From assembly GCA_026401075.1 (NCBI GenBank), contig JAPLNQ010000237.1:28790-92789 (forward strand): 64,000 bases of DNA. Direction: 5' to 3'. The position numbers and the translations under genes are program-made. The first letter of the stretch is position 1, and each line of letters starts with the position of its first letter. Positions 1 through 10,076 of the stretch are shown here, in pieces. The stretch is from Planctomycetia bacterium. GTDB taxonomy: Bacteria; Planctomycetota; Planctomycetia; Pirellulales; UBA1268. The notes below the pieces were generated by a model that saw nothing but the letters and a program-made list of their open reading frames with translations, made no database searches and was not told where the DNA came from.

Positions 1-519
1 GTTGCCCAGATGTGTAAAGCAGGAGAGCCCGGCATCGATGGCGTCGTTCAGTACGGCCAGTGACGGATCGCAATGGCCGGCCGACACGAGAATGCCCTGC
101 TGGGCGAGCCACTGGGTGGTGGCATGGCCCGCGTCGTGTTCGGGCGCAAGCGTCACGAGTCGCACGAGTCCACGGCCCGCATGGACCAGCCGCTTCGCAA
201 CATCCACACTCGCCGGCAGGACGTGCTCGTGCGGATGGGCGCCGACGAAGCCGGGCAAAGGGCTGATAAACGGCCCCTCCACATGGATACCGACCATCAC
301 CTCGCGCACCGACTCGTCCTCGGCGTGCAACTCCGCGAGCCTGTCGATTCTCGCTGTCATCCGGTCGAGCCGATCGGTGATGATGGTGGCGAGCATCCGG
401 CCGCCACCGTCGCGGCGCACCGCAGCGCAGGCCTGCCGCATCGCGTCGAGGCTCAAATCGTCGGCATTAAAGTCGACGCCCTTGGAGCCGTTGAGCTGGA
501 GGTCGAGGGGATGCGTCAT
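1..519 (-). CDS. nagA: N-acetylglucosamine-6-phosphate deacetylase, N-terminal 173 codons (gene continues past the left edge)
   Basis: Own minus-strand translation from ATG at 519: MTHPLDLQLNGSKGVDFNADDLSLD...VMVGIHVEGPFISPLPGFVGAHP...ILVSAGHCD...CFTHLGN, open to nt 1. The GIHxEGPF and SAGH blocks are typical of NagA. It is not in the ORF track because no stop lies inside the window. It sits 42 nt downstream of the nagB-like gene. Confidence 0.7.
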   Translation of the reverse strand, partial: MTHPLDLQLNGSKGVDFNADDLSLDAMRQACAAVRRDGGGRMLATIITDRLDRMTARIDRLAELHAEDESVREVMVGIHVEGPFISPLPGFVGAHPHEHVLPASVDVAKRLVHAGRGLVRLVTLAPEHDAGHATTQWLAQQGILVSAGHCDPSLAVLNDAIDAGLSCFTHLGN

Positions 520-561
520 GGATATGGTCCATCGGGCAGAGGCGTGGACACTGCCCGGGTT

Positions 562-1329
562 TCAGGTCGACGCGGCCGGGCCGGGCTGACGGTCCGACAG
601 GAGCGACGCCGCTTCCCGATCAAGATGCAGGCTGCAGTGTGGGTGCGTTCGCAGGATCGAGGCGGGCACGGTGGGCGTGAGCGGTCCCTCAACGGCAGCC
701 CGCACCGCCTCGGCCTTCCGCCGGTCGGGCACGGAACAGACGATCGTGCGGCTGGCGAGAATCCGGCGGATCGACATCGAAAGCGCCTGCGTCGGCACGC
801 TCTCAAGCGAGGGAAACCAGCCTTCGCCGACCTGCTGTCGTCGGCACGGCTCGTCGAGCGTCACGACCAGATACGGTGCCGTCGTCTCGAAGTCGGCGGG
901 CGGGTCGTTAAACGCCACGTGGGCATTTTCGCCGATACCGATCATCGACACATCAAACTCGTCCGGCGGCACGAGCGTGGCGAGCCGGCGGCACTCGGCC
1001 ACGGGGTCGGCCTCAACGCCAACCTCATGAAAAGCCCCGGGATGGATGGGTAAGCGTTCGACGAACCGTTCACGCAGGTAGCGGCGGAAGCTCGCCGGAT
1101 GGTCGGGCGACAGGCCGACGTATTCGTCGAGGTGATAGATGGTGATCACATTCCACGGAATGCCAGCCGTGGCGCCGAGCGCAGCCAGCACCTCGAACTG
1201 CGACGAGCCCGTGGCAACCACGAGGGTGGCCGACCCCTTGCGATCGTAAGCTGCTTTCAGTGCCGTCGCCGCCTCGGCAGCCGCGGCCCCACCCATGGCC
1301 GCCCGATCCTCGTGGATGACGATTTTCAT
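562..1329 (-). CDS. nagB: glucosamine-6-phosphate deaminase / 6-phosphogluconolactonase family protein
   Basis: ORF 562..1368(-). Start moved to the in-frame ATG at 1329 (MKIVIHEDRAAMG). Family blocks LVVATGSSQ, IYHLDEYVGL, MIGIGENAHVAFNDP. Directly upstream of nagA. Confidence 0.75.
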   Translation of the reverse strand: MKIVIHEDRAAMGGAAAAEAATALKAAYDRKGSATLVVATGSSQFEVLAALGATAGIPWNVITIYHLDEYVGLSPDHPASFRRYLRERFVERLPIHPGAFHEVGVEADPVAECRRLATLVPPDEFDVSMIGIGENAHVAFNDPPADFETTAPYLVVTLDEPCRRQQVGEGWFPSLESVPTQALSMSIRRILASRTIVCSVPDRRKAEAVRAAVEGPLTPTVPASILRTHPHCSLHLDREAASLLSDRQPGPAAST

Positions 1330-1413
1330 GAGACGCTCCCTGCGAACCGTGTCGATCGCTGACAGCATATCTCAATGGCGACGAGCATGCCGCAGCCGGC
1401 TCCACGATGCGGC

Positions 1414-3505
1414 CTACGCGTACCGCTCCACCACGACACGGGCCGGCGGCAGGCTGTCGAGGAAGATTCTCCCATAGGGCTTCGTCAGCATCCGTGGGTC
1501 CAAAATCACCACGGAACCCCGATCCGAGCCGCTGCGGATCAAGCGTCCAAAACCCTGCTTGAGTTTGAGCACTGCCTCCGGCAGCTGATACTCGGCGAAA
1601 GCATTGCCACCGGCCGCATGAATAGCTTCGATCCGCGCGGCGGTCAGCGGCCGGTCGGGCACGGCGAACGGCAGCTTCGTGATGATCACGTTGACGAGCT
1701 GGTCGCCCGGCAGATCGATCCCCTGCCAGAAGCCGTCGGTGCCCAAGAGCACGCTCCCCGGCCCTTCCCGAAAATCGGCGAGCATCCGCGAGCGGTTGAA
1801 CCCATCCGACTGGCTCACGAGCCGGTAGTTTTTCCCCGCGCACCAGCCGGCGAGTTCCTTTGACGCCTTCGTCAGCGACGCGATGCTTGTGAAGAGTACC
1901 ATCGCCCGCCCTCCGCTCCGCTCGACGTAGCGGCGGATCATCTTCACCACGGCCTGGTCATACGCATCCCGCGCGGTTGGATCGGGCAGCCTGTCGACCA
2001 AGATCAGCTCCGCCTGCCGGGCGTAGTCGAACGGACTGCCCAGCTGCTGGGAGCGAGCCTCTGCGACTCCCAGCCGACGCTTGAGAAACGCGTAGTCGCC
2101 ATCCACCGACGCAGACTCAGGATCGAAGACGTCTTCGGGATCCGATCGGCTCCGTCCGCCCACAGCCAGCGTGGCGCTCGTCAGCACGACCGTGCCCACA
2201 CGGCCGAAGAGTTCGCGCTTGAGCATCGCGCCCACGTCGATCGGCGCGCTTGAACTCCACCCACCAGACACAGCCCGGCTCGTTCTGCCCCAGCCACATG
2301 TCGAGGCTGCCGGCCAGCCCCGCGAGCCGGTCGGCGAGTGACAGAAAATCATGCCGTTCGGCCTGGTTGGTGATCTTTTCGCCGGCCGCCCGTAGCTGCC
2401 GGCCGAGCCCCTGAAGCGAGTCGCCCAGCGTGTCGGGCAGGAGGTGCGGAGCGGTCACCCGCCACGGCGACGGCCCACGGTCGGCCAGCTTCGCGCGAAC
2501 TTCCCCAAAGAAATCCTCGGCCGCCCGGCGGCACCGCAGCACGGACAGTTCCAGTTCTTCGAGCCCGTAATGGACCGCGAGCCCGCGGTGGGTCCGCTCG
2601 TTGTAGAGCTTGGAGAGCACGCGGTCGACAGCGACGCTCGACAGGCTCACGCCCAGGTGGTCGCTTGCCGCCCCCTCGACCATGTGGGCCTCGTCGAAGA
2701 TCACGACGTCGTAGTCGGGCAGGAGGCTCGCGCCCCCTCGGCGCAAGGCCAGGTCTGAAAAGAAGAGTGCATGGTTGACGATCAGCACCTGCGCATGCGC
2801 CATGCGGCGGCGGGCGGCGTAGTAATGACACTGCTTGTAGGTGGGGCAGGCCCGGCCCATGCAGTTGCCGGCGTCGCTCGCGACTTCGTCCCAGACGGCA
2901 TCGTGCGGCACGAACGGGAGATCGGCGAGCGAGCCGTCGGCCGTCTGCTTCGCCCACCCGCTGATCTCTCCAAGCTGGGCCATCTCCCCCTCCTCGGGAA
3001 AGAGGCTGCCGGCCCGTTCGCGGGCCAACGCCAGCCGCCTGAGGCTGACATAGTTCCGTCGGCCCTTCACGAGCACGGCGGAAAACTCCCGCGGCATCAC
3101 CGCGGCTACGAGCGGGATGTCCTTCGTGACGAGCTGTTCCTGCAGCGCGATCGTGTGCGTGGAGATCACGATCCGCCGGGGGCGTCTGGTGCCGGAACCG
3201 CCCGCCGCGTTCTCGCCTGCTGCTCCCTCGTCGTCTGCACCGGGCTCATCATCGACTCGAGATGCAGCGGGAGCCGGAATCGCGTCTCCCTCGACCTGAT
3301 CGGCGGTGGCCGCGAGGATGGCGGGCACGAGGTAGGCCAGACTCTTCCCGGTGCCGGTGCCCGCCTCGACGATCGCGTGCTGCCGATTGGCGATCGCCTC
3401 GGCGATCAGGTTGGCCATCACCATCTGCTGCGGCCGCGACTCCCAGCCCGCGAGCCGGGCGGCAAGCCGACCGGTGGGCGACAGCAGTTCGTCGGGAGTC
3501 GTCAT
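1414..3505 (-). pseudogene. DinG/Rad3-family ATP-dependent DNA helicase, reading frame broken near 2240-2260
   Basis: The N-terminal part is in ORF 2117..4165(-), from ATG 3505 (MTTPDELL; Walker A EAGTGTGKSLAYL; DEAH box VVIFDEAHMV; Cys cluster NCMGRACPTYKQC). The C-terminal part is in ORF 1414..2352(-) (APIDVGAMLKRELF, VVLTSATL, GFWQGIDLPG, VIITKLPF). The frames switch inside gagttcaagcgcgcc. This could be a true pseudogene or an assembly indel. Confidence 0.7.
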
Positions 3506-3645
3506 GTGGGCAATGTACCCGCTGCGGGCCTTGGAAAATCTCCCACCGCGAAACGACCGGGAGAGCCGGGGACTGTCTTCACGCGAAACATGACATCGTT
3601 TCGCCCTGACGAGCGGATGCCCGTCCTTAGCCAGTTTCTTCGACC

Positions 3646-3733
3646 CGTGGCCACGAGTTTTTAACTTGTGGAATATGCCCGGGGGACACGGACAAGTTGA
3701 AAACTTGCCGCCACGGTGGAGCGGGACACGGAC
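3646..3733. repeat. palindromic intergenic repeat, family 1 (GGCAAGTT-N4-AACTTGCC core), one unit plus terminal module, inverted relative to 8886-9037
   Basis: cgtggccacgagtttttaacttgtgg ... acggacaagttgaaaacttgccgccacgg ... ggagcgggacacggac is the reverse complement of the element at 8946-9037 with a few mismatches. It lies in the divergent helicase/argH intergenic region. Confidence 0.75.
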
Positions 3734-3803
3734 GCTGATGGATTTCCCAGGGATCGGAAGTACAAATAAGCCGACCGTCCCAGTTCTTACGAGAGGTTTT
3801 TCC

Positions 3804-5195
3804 GTGGCAGCATCGCAAGGTCCGCAGAAGGCATGGGGCGGCGTGTTTCGTGAGCCGACCGACAAGCGGGTCGAGGCGTTCTCAGAAAGCGTCTCGTTCG
3901 ATCGTCGCCTGGCCGACGACGACATCGACGGCTCGATCGCCCACGCGCGGATGCTGGCTGCCTGCGGCCTGATGTCGGTGCCCGAGGCCGACGCGATCTC
4001 GCAGACGCTCGAGGAAATCCGCCGGCAGATCGCTGACGGCCAGTTCGAGTTCACCGCCTCCAAGGAAGATATCCATCTCCACATTGAGGCGGCCCTGACT
4101 GCCCGCCTCGGCGACACCGGCCGCAAGCTACACACCGCGCGGAGCCGCAACGACCAGGTGGCCACCGACCTGCGGCTCTACTGCCGGCGAGCCATCGACC
4201 GCATCGATCACGGGCTGCTGGAACTCCAGCGGGCGTTCCTCGGCTTCGCCGTCCGCGAGCAAGGGCTGATCATTCCCGGCTACACCCACATGCGCCGCGC
4301 GCAGCCGTTGCTGGCGGCGCACCAGCTGCTCGCCTGGTGCGAGAAATTCCAGCGCGACCGCGAGCGGCTCGCCGACTGCCGCAGCCGCACCAACGTGCTG
4401 CCCCTCGGCTCGGGGGCGCTCGCCGGCACGACCCTGCCGATCGACCGCGACCACGTGAAAGACGCCCTCGGCTTCGCTTCCGTGGCGGCCAACAGCCTCG
4501 ACGGCGCGAGCGACCGCGACTTCGTCTGCGAACTGGCCTTCGTGATTGCGCTGGCCGGCGTGCATCTCTCCCAGTGGGCCGAGGAGTGGGTGATCTACAG
4601 CACGCAGGAATTCAGTTTCCTCCGCCTGCCGGAGGGCTTCTGCACGGGCAGCTCGATCATGCCGCAGAAGATCAATCCCGACGTGCTCGAGCTCATCCGT
4701 GGCAAGTCGGCGCGGTCGATCGGCAATCTGCAGTCATTGCTCGTGCTATTGAAGGGCCTGCCGACCGCCTACAACCGCGACCTCCAGGAAGACAAGGAGG
4801 CGATCTTCGACTCGATCGACACGCTCGAAGCGGTGCTCGGCGTGGCCGCGCCGCTGGTGGCCGGTAGCTCGTTCGACCGGGAAAGGGTGACCGCCACGAT
4901 CGAACGTGGCCACCTCGACGCCACCAGCCTGATGGAGGCGTTGATCGGGGCTGGCGTGCCGCAGCGGACCGCCCATGAACTCGTCGGCACATTCGTCCGC
5001 CGGGCGATGACCCGGGGCGTGTCGCTGGCAGAGCTTACCGATCATGAGTTTTTGCAGGATTATGCCGGCTGGAACGCCTCGCTCCGCAGCGCACTTGGGG
5101 CATCCAGGGCAGTTGAACGGATGGTGAGTTTCGGCTCCACCGCTCCGGCACAGGTTGCCGACCAGATAGCTGCGTGGGACCGCCGGCTCGCCTAA
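3804..5195 (+). CDS. argH: argininosuccinate lyase
   Basis: ORF 3666..5195(+). The conserved core begins at QKAWGGVFREPTDKRVEAFSESVSFDRRL. No ATG lies nearby, so the start is placed at the in-frame GTG 3804, preceded by GAGAGG (3791-3796). Signature GSSIMPQKINPD. The resulting 463 aa is a typical length. Confidence 0.9.
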   Translation: MAASQGPQKAWGGVFREPTDKRVEAFSESVSFDRRLADDDIDGSIAHARMLAACGLMSVPEADAISQTLEEIRRQIADGQFEFTASKEDIHLHIEAALTARLGDTGRKLHTARSRNDQVATDLRLYCRRAIDRIDHGLLELQRAFLGFAVREQGLIIPGYTHMRRAQPLLAAHQLLAWCEKFQRDRERLADCRSRTNVLPLGSGALAGTTLPIDRDHVKDALGFASVAANSLDGASDRDFVCELAFVIALAGVHLSQWAEEWVIYSTQEFSFLRLPEGFCTGSSIMPQKINPDVLELIRGKSARSIGNLQSLLVLLKGLPTAYNRDLQEDKEAIFDSIDTLEAVLGVAAPLVAGSSFDRERVTATIERGHLDATSLMEALIGAGVPQRTAHELVGTFVRRAMTRGVSLAELTDHEFLQDYAGWNASLRSALGASRAVERMVSFGSTAPAQVADQIAAWDRRLA

Positions 5196-5237
5196 GAGAT
5201 TGGAGCCGCCGCCCGCGCCTTTCGCGGGGGGTGGCGA

Positions 5238-7808
5238 GTGGCGACGAGCGTTTTCAGAGTGGCTTCGGTGTGGTGCGTTGTTGCGCTGGCGACGGTCTGC
5301 GTGGCTCCTGCCAGCGCAGCCGATGGCGTGCGGCCCATGCCCGATCCGTTGGCTCAAGCCGTGATCGAATCACTCGCCTTTCCCCCACGGACCACCCCCC
5401 CGGCCCTGCTCGATGCCGCGATCCGTGCCGCCGACGTCGAGGCCTACGACGTCGCTGCCCGCTATTTCTCCAAGTTCGCCGATGCGCTCGAGAAGGCGGG
5501 CGACAAGCGGCTCGATCTGCTCGCCGATCTGGGCGACACCGCCGATCCCGCCAGCCTTCGCCGGCTCGAGCGGGTGCTCGGCGACCTTGATGAAGACGTG
5601 CGGCCCGTCGTGCAGGCGATGCGTGAAGCCTCGCGGGAACGGCGGCGGGATCCCGCCCGGCTCAAGCGGGCTGCCGATGAACTCGCCAGCGACAAGCCCG
5701 CCACGCGGGCCACCGCCTTCGACCAGCTGGCGCGAGCTGGCGTCGATGCCCTCCCCGTGCTCGTTGACCTGTTGCAGAGCGAAGACGCGGCACAGGAGCG
5801 GTCTCACGAGCTCGCCCGGGAGCTCATCCGCACGCTCGGCACCGACGCCAGGCAGCCGTTGCTCGCCTGGCTGGGCTCCGACGACGTGCAGCACTGGCCC
5901 GGCGTCATCGAGGCGCTCGCTGCCAGTGTCACCCACGACGATGCCGCCACCGTCGCCGTGCATCTGCTGGCGCCGGCACTCGTGGCCGACGCGCCCCCGG
6001 CGGTACGCGATCGTGCAAACCGCGTGCTCAAACAATTGGCAGCCCGCGGGATGCTGCCGGCCGCCGACATGGACGGCAACACGGTGCCGCCAGGCCCCGG
6101 CACCGCGATCACGGTGCTCACCCGCAGGCTCGACCGGGTGCTCTCGATCGACGGCCTCCCCGCCCCCGACCACCTGATCATGGAACCGGTGCTCGATCCG
6201 GCCACGGCGTTCGCCGCCGCCGGCAAGACGGTGGAGCGTTTCGTCTGGAATCCGGAGGCAGGCCGGCTCGAGCGCGTGAATCTGTCGCCGCAGGCAGCAC
6301 GCACGCAGGAGGCAGTCCATCTGGCACGTGATCTGGCCGCGCTCGACGCCACTGATCCAGACGCCGTTCGCCTTGTGCTCCTCGCGCGGCTGGAATCGCT
6401 GCTGGCTGCCGCCGGCGATCCCCTCACGGCGCTCGACCGCGTGCCCACCGAACAGTTCCAGGACGCGGTCACGGGACCTGAGGGCTTCGACTACGAGGCA
6501 GCGGCCGACGTGCTCGAGATCGCGGCTTCACGTGGCATGTTCGCCGCAGCTGCCGGGGCGGCCCGGGCGATCGCGGCAGCTCATGCCGACGCGGTTGCCA
6601 AAGTCACTGACGCCCCAGCGACCGAAGACCCAGCGACCGAAGATCCAGCGACCGGCGACACGTCGACGGGCAAGAGGGCGGCCGAGGAACAAGCCGCTGC
6701 CGAGGCGGCCGCTGCCCTCACCCCCGCGGTGCGGGCATCCCTGCTGCGAGCGCTGGCGGTGCCCGACGCCACGCTGCAGTTCGAGACGGCGCGAACCCTT
6801 GCCCAGGCCGGTGGCGATCCGCCCTACCGTGGCTCGAGCCGCGTGGTCGAGATCCTGCTTCAGGCTGCCACCAGCACCGGTGAGGAGATCGCCGTAGTGG
6901 CACACCCCGACGCGGTCGTGCGGGAAGAACTGGCCACGAATCTCTCCCGGTTCGGCTACCGCATTGAAAAAGTCGCCTCGGGCCGCGACGCGATCCTCGC
7001 CGCACGGGCAAGCGTCGACACGGTGCTCGTTGTGATTGCAGCACGCACCGTCCGGCCCACGGCATTGGAGACGGTGCAGTTCATCCAACGGCAGGCAACG
7101 GGCGACGTGCCGCCGGTGCTCGTGGTGGTCGACCCGCTCGACGACGATGCCCGTGGCAAATTCCTCACGCAGCTGCTCCTGAAGTTCTCCGATCTGGACT
7201 GCGTCGGAATCATCGATCGCCTCGACAGCCTCTTCATGCCGCGGATCGACCTGGTCACCGGCAAGCTGATCGGACCGCCACGGTTTCCCGATCATCTGGC
7301 CCAGGTGGCCGGCCCGCAGGCCGTCGCCCCCGCGGCGCGGCAGGCCCGCGCGACGCAGCGAAGGACTCGCGCCGCACAGAGTCTGGCCCTACTGGCCGAC
7401 CTGGGCCGCCGGGGCTGGGACGTGGCGGCTGCCGAGACGACGGCGCGACTCGCGCTCATGCAGAGCCCGCAGCCAGGAAGCCCCACCAATCTCTTCGGCC
7501 CGGCCGCGTCCCTGCTGGGAACCATCGGTTCGAGCCGGGCGCAACAGGCTCTTCTGGGGGAGACGGAGCGGACCGACCTGCCCGCGGAGTCGCGGAAGCA
7601 GGCTCTCGCGGCCTTCGCCGAGAGCGTGAACCGCTATGGTGTGCTCCTCGAATGCGGTCCCCTACGGGCCGCCTACGCACGGTACAATCATTCGTCTGCG
7701 TCGACCGACCGAGCCGTGGCCGGAGCGGTCCTCGACGTCATTGAAACGCCCTCCAGGAAGGCCCGCCCCGTCTCTGCCGATGCTGCGCACCCCAGGCCAA
7801 CACGGTGA
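5238..7808 (+). CDS. hypothetical 856-aa protein with signal-peptide-like N-terminus, HEAT-like repeats and a receiver-like (non-phosphorylatable) segment
   Basis: GTG start at 5238 after a G-rich RBS. N-terminus [30 protein letters not shown]. Helical repeats around aa 150-230. [13 protein letters not shown] peptide repeat. A CheY-like pattern at aa 549-650 that lacks the acidic pocket. Confidence 0.6.
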   Translation: MATSVFRVASVWCVVALATVCVAPASAADGVRPMPDPLAQAVIESLAFPPRTTPPALLDAAIRAADVEAYDVAARYFSKFADALEKAGDKRLDLLADLGDTADPASLRRLERVLGDLDEDVRPVVQAMREASRERRRDPARLKRAADELASDKPATRATAFDQLARAGVDALPVLVDLLQSEDAAQERSHELARELIRTLGTDARQPLLAWLGSDDVQHWPGVIEALAASVTHDDAATVAVHLLAPALVADAPPAVRDRANRVLKQLAARGMLPAADMDGNTVPPGPGTAITVLTRRLDRVLSIDGLPAPDHLIMEPVLDPATAFAAAGKTVERFVWNPEAGRLERVNLSPQAARTQEAVHLARDLAALDATDPDAVRLVLLARLESLLAAAGDPLTALDRVPTEQFQDAVTGPEGFDYEAAADVLEIAASRGMFAAAAGAARAIAAAHADAVAKVTDAPATEDPATEDPATGDTSTGKRAAEEQAAAEAAAALTPAVRASLLRALAVPDATLQFETARTLAQAGGDPPYRGSSRVVEILLQAATSTGEEIAVVAHPDAVVREELATNLSRFGYRIEKVASGRDAILAARASVDTVLVVIAARTVRPTALETVQFIQRQATGDVPPVLVVVDPLDDDARGKFLTQLLLKFSDLDCVGIIDRLDSLFMPRIDLVTGKLIGPPRFPDHLAQVAGPQAVAPAARQARATQRRTRAAQSLALLADLGRRGWDVAAAETTARLALMQSPQPGSPTNLFGPAASLLGTIGSSRAQQALLGETERTDLPAESRKQALAAFAESVNRYGVLLECGPLRAAYARYNHSSASTDRAVAGAVLDVIETPSRKARPVSADAAHPRPTR

Positions 7809-8841
7809 CGACACCAGCTCTCCGATCAAGGGCCTGATCGGGTCAGGGCCGGCGATGATGGAGGTCTACGCGATGACGCGGCGGGTGGCCGCGTCGAATG
7901 CGTCGGTCTTGCTCGTGGGCGAGACCGGCACGGGCAAGGAGCTGGTCGCCAAGGCGATCCACCAGCTTTCGCCGCGAGGCAGCGGACCCTTCGTCCGCGT
8001 CAATTGCGGCGCTCTCTCCGAAAGCCTGCTGGAGAGCGAACTCTTCGGCCACGTCCGCGGCTCGTTCACCGGCGCGATCGCCAACCGCACCGGGCGGTTC
8101 GAGGCCGCCCACACCGGTACGATCTTTCTCGACGAGATCAACTCCACCACGCCGAAGCTGCAGGTGAAGCTCTTGCGAGTTTTGCAGGAACGCGAGTTCG
8201 AACGGGTGGGCGACACCGAGACGATCCGTGTTGACACGCGAGTGATCGCGGCGAGCAACCGCGAACTGCTCGACGAGGTGGCGAAGGAAAACTTCCGCGA
8301 GGACCTCTACTACCGTCTCAACGTCGTGCCGATCTACCTGCCTCCGCTGCGGGCCCGTCGGGAGGATATTCCACAGCTGGTGAGCCACTTCCTCGAACAC
8401 TACAACGAGGCCAACGACCGCTACGTCGTGCACATCCAAAAGGAGGCCGCAGCGGCGCTGGCGAAGTATCACTGGCCGGGCAACGTTCGCGAACTGCAGA
8501 ACGTGGTCGAGCGGTGTGTGGTGATGGCCACCGGTGACGAACTCACGCTCGACCTCCTGCCACCGGCAATGACGGGCGACCGGCCGACGGTTTCCCTTCC
8601 CGGACGAGGAGGCGATCTCGACAGCCTCGCACGGGACCTCGTGGAGCAGGGCATGGTGACGGCCGGCCCCGACGACGAGAACCTGTTCGACCGCATCGTC
8701 AGCCGCGTGGAACGGGAACTGATCGCCCAGATGCTCGCCGACTGCAAGGGCGTGCAGCTCAAGGCCGCCGCCCGGCTCGGCATCAACCGCAACACGCTCC
8801 GCAAGAAGCTCCAGGAGCACGGGCTGGAAGAGGCTGAGTGA
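7780..8841 (+). CDS. sigma54-dependent transcriptional activator (AAA+ plus Fis-type HTH only, no N-terminal sensory domain)
   Basis: ORF 7636..8841(+). The first ATG that leaves the AAA+ core intact is 7780 (MLRTPGQ...[12 protein letters not shown]). Walker A GETGTGKE, Walker B TIFLDEI, sigma54-contact loop GSFTGA, C-terminal [23 protein letters not shown]. It overlaps the upstream ORF by 29 nt. Confidence 0.8.
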   Translation: MLRTPGQHGDDTSSPIKGLIGSGPAMMEVYAMTRRVAASNASVLLVGETGTGKELVAKAIHQLSPRGSGPFVRVNCGALSESLLESELFGHVRGSFTGAIANRTGRFEAAHTGTIFLDEINSTTPKLQVKLLRVLQEREFERVGDTETIRVDTRVIAASNRELLDEVAKENFREDLYYRLNVVPIYLPPLRARREDIPQLVSHFLEHYNEANDRYVVHIQKEAAAALAKYHWPGNVRELQNVVERCVVMATGDELTLDLLPPAMTGDRPTVSLPGRGGDLDSLARDLVEQGMVTAGPDDENLFDRIVSRVERELIAQMLADCKGVQLKAAARLGINRNTLRKKLQEHGLEEAE

Positions 8842-8885
8842 GGGCGGCCGTATACACGCGACGGCTCGGCATCCTTCCCGGCCGA

Positions 8886-9037
8886 CGTGGCGGCAAGTTT
8901 TTAACTTGTCCGTGTCTCCGCTCCCCGTGGCGGCAAGTTTTCAACTTGTCCGTGTCTCCGCTCCCCGTGGCGGCAAGTTTTTAACTTGTCCGTGACATAT
9001 CGCGGATTCCACAAGTTAAAAACTCGTGGCCACGAGG
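8886..9037. repeat. family 1 repeat array: 40-bp unit x2.7 in tandem plus terminal hairpin module
   Basis: The unit cgtggcggcaagttttTaacttgtccgtgtctccgctccc occurs at 8886-8925, 8926-8965 (1 mismatch) and 8966-8994 (truncated), followed by acatatcgcggattccacaagttaaaaactcgtggccacgagg. It lies between the convergent sigma54 activator and lipA genes. Confidence 0.85.
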
Positions 9038-9094
9038 CGAACTCCTTCGGTCTTGTCCTTCATGCCGAGACAGCCTCAACACCGCTTTCCGCTT

Positions 9095-10075
9095 TCACCC
9101 CACGATCATGCCGTCTTCGGCCATGTCGCGGGCGTGGTAGCTCGACCGCACGAGCGGTCCGCTGGCCACGCGTTTGAATCCCAATCCGCGGGCGAGCGAG
9201 CCCAACTCGTCGAACTCCTCCGGCGGCACATACCGCTCCACCGGCAGCGAATCGAGCGTCGGCTGCAGATATTGCCCGAGCGTGAGAAAATCGACACCGT
9301 GGTCGAGCAGGTCGGCGAAGACATCGAGCAGTTCGTCACGGGTCTCGCCGAGCCCAAGCATGAGCCCGCTCTTCGTCTTCACGGTCGGCATGCACCGCTT
9401 CGCATCCGCGAGCAATTGCAAGGTCCACGGATAGTGGCTCTTGCGACCGCGCACGGTGCGGTAGAGGCGGGGCACCGTCTCCGTGTTGTGGTTGAAAACC
9501 TCGGGCTTTGATCGCATCAGCCGTTCGATCGCTCCATCCTTGCCGATGAAGTCCGGCACCAGCACCTCGACCGTGGCACCGGTGGCCGCCCGCACCGCCT
9601 CCACCGTCAGCCGAAAGTGCTCGGCGCCGCCATCAGGCAGGTCGTCGCGGGTCACGCTCGTGATCACCACGTGCCTGAGTCCCAGCCGCTTCGCAGCCTC
9701 GGCCACGCGCTCGGGCTCGTCCTGCTCCAGCGCCTCCGTCTTTCCCTTCGGCACCGAGCAGAAGCCGCAGGGCCGCGTGCAGACGTTACCGAGGATCATG
9801 AACGTTGCGGTGCGGGCCGACCAGCACTCCAGCCGGTTGGGGCACTTCGCCGACGAGCAGACCGTCTCCAGGCCGAGTTCGGCAATCAGGTGCGCCGTCT
9901 CGCCATGGCCGCCGCCCGGCTCCAGATTCCGCCGCAGCCATGGAGGCAGCCGGCGGGATGGCTGCAACTGCACCGTCGCAGACTCGGCGGAGCCGCAGCC
10001 GGTCTTGCCTCCGGTATTGGGGCCGGCTCCGTCATCGACAGAAATGATCGGGAGGGAGCCGAACGGTGAGTCCAT
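9095..10075 (-). CDS. lipA: lipoyl synthase
   Basis: ORF 9095..10210(-), start at in-frame ATG 10075 (MDSPFG). Auxiliary cluster CSSAKCPNRLEC, radical-SAM CTRPCGFC, C-terminal RSSY. It starts 1 nt after the stop of the upstream LipB-like gene. Confidence 0.9.
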   Translation of the reverse strand: MDSPFGSLPIISVDDGAGPNTGGKTGCGSAESATVQLQPSRRLPPWLRRNLEPGGGHGETAHLIAELGLETVCSSAKCPNRLECWSARTATFMILGNVCTRPCGFCSVPKGKTEALEQDEPERVAEAAKRLGLRHVVITSVTRDDLPDGGAEHFRLTVEAVRAATGATVEVLVPDFIGKDGAIERLMRSKPEVFNHNTETVPRLYRTVRGRKSHYPWTLQLLADAKRCMPTVKTKSGLMLGLGETRDELLDVFADLLDHGVDFLTLGQYLQPTLDSLPVERYVPPEEFDELGSLARGLGFKRVASGPLVRSSYHARDMAEDGMIVG

Positions 10076-10076
10076 G

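Noticed and set aside
3686-3716. Sigma54 -24/-12 promoter inside the family 1 repeat (GG...TTGC), attractive because a sigma54 activator is nearby
   Set aside because: The GG to GC spacing is 17 nt instead of the canonical 12, and the flanking consensus (TGGCAC-N5-TTGC) is absent.
3506-4165. N-terminal 220-aa extension of the helicase ORF 2117..4165(-)
   Set aside because: It reads through the family 1 repeat (GGKFSTCPCPPGIFHKLKTRGHG) and antisense to argH. Helicase homology begins only at ATG 3505.
7636-7808. The 856-aa ORF and the sigma54 activator as one gene split by a frameshift
   Set aside because: The upstream protein has its own stop and an export-like N-terminus, and the activator has an in-frame ATG just before its AAA+ core. 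I cannot fully exclude it, and read-level checking would settle it.
8886-9037. Possible CRISPR array (regular 40-bp direct repeats)
   Set aside because: The repeats are directly adjacent with no unique spacers. There are only 2.7 units, no cas genes are nearby, and the same unit occurs singly at other loci.
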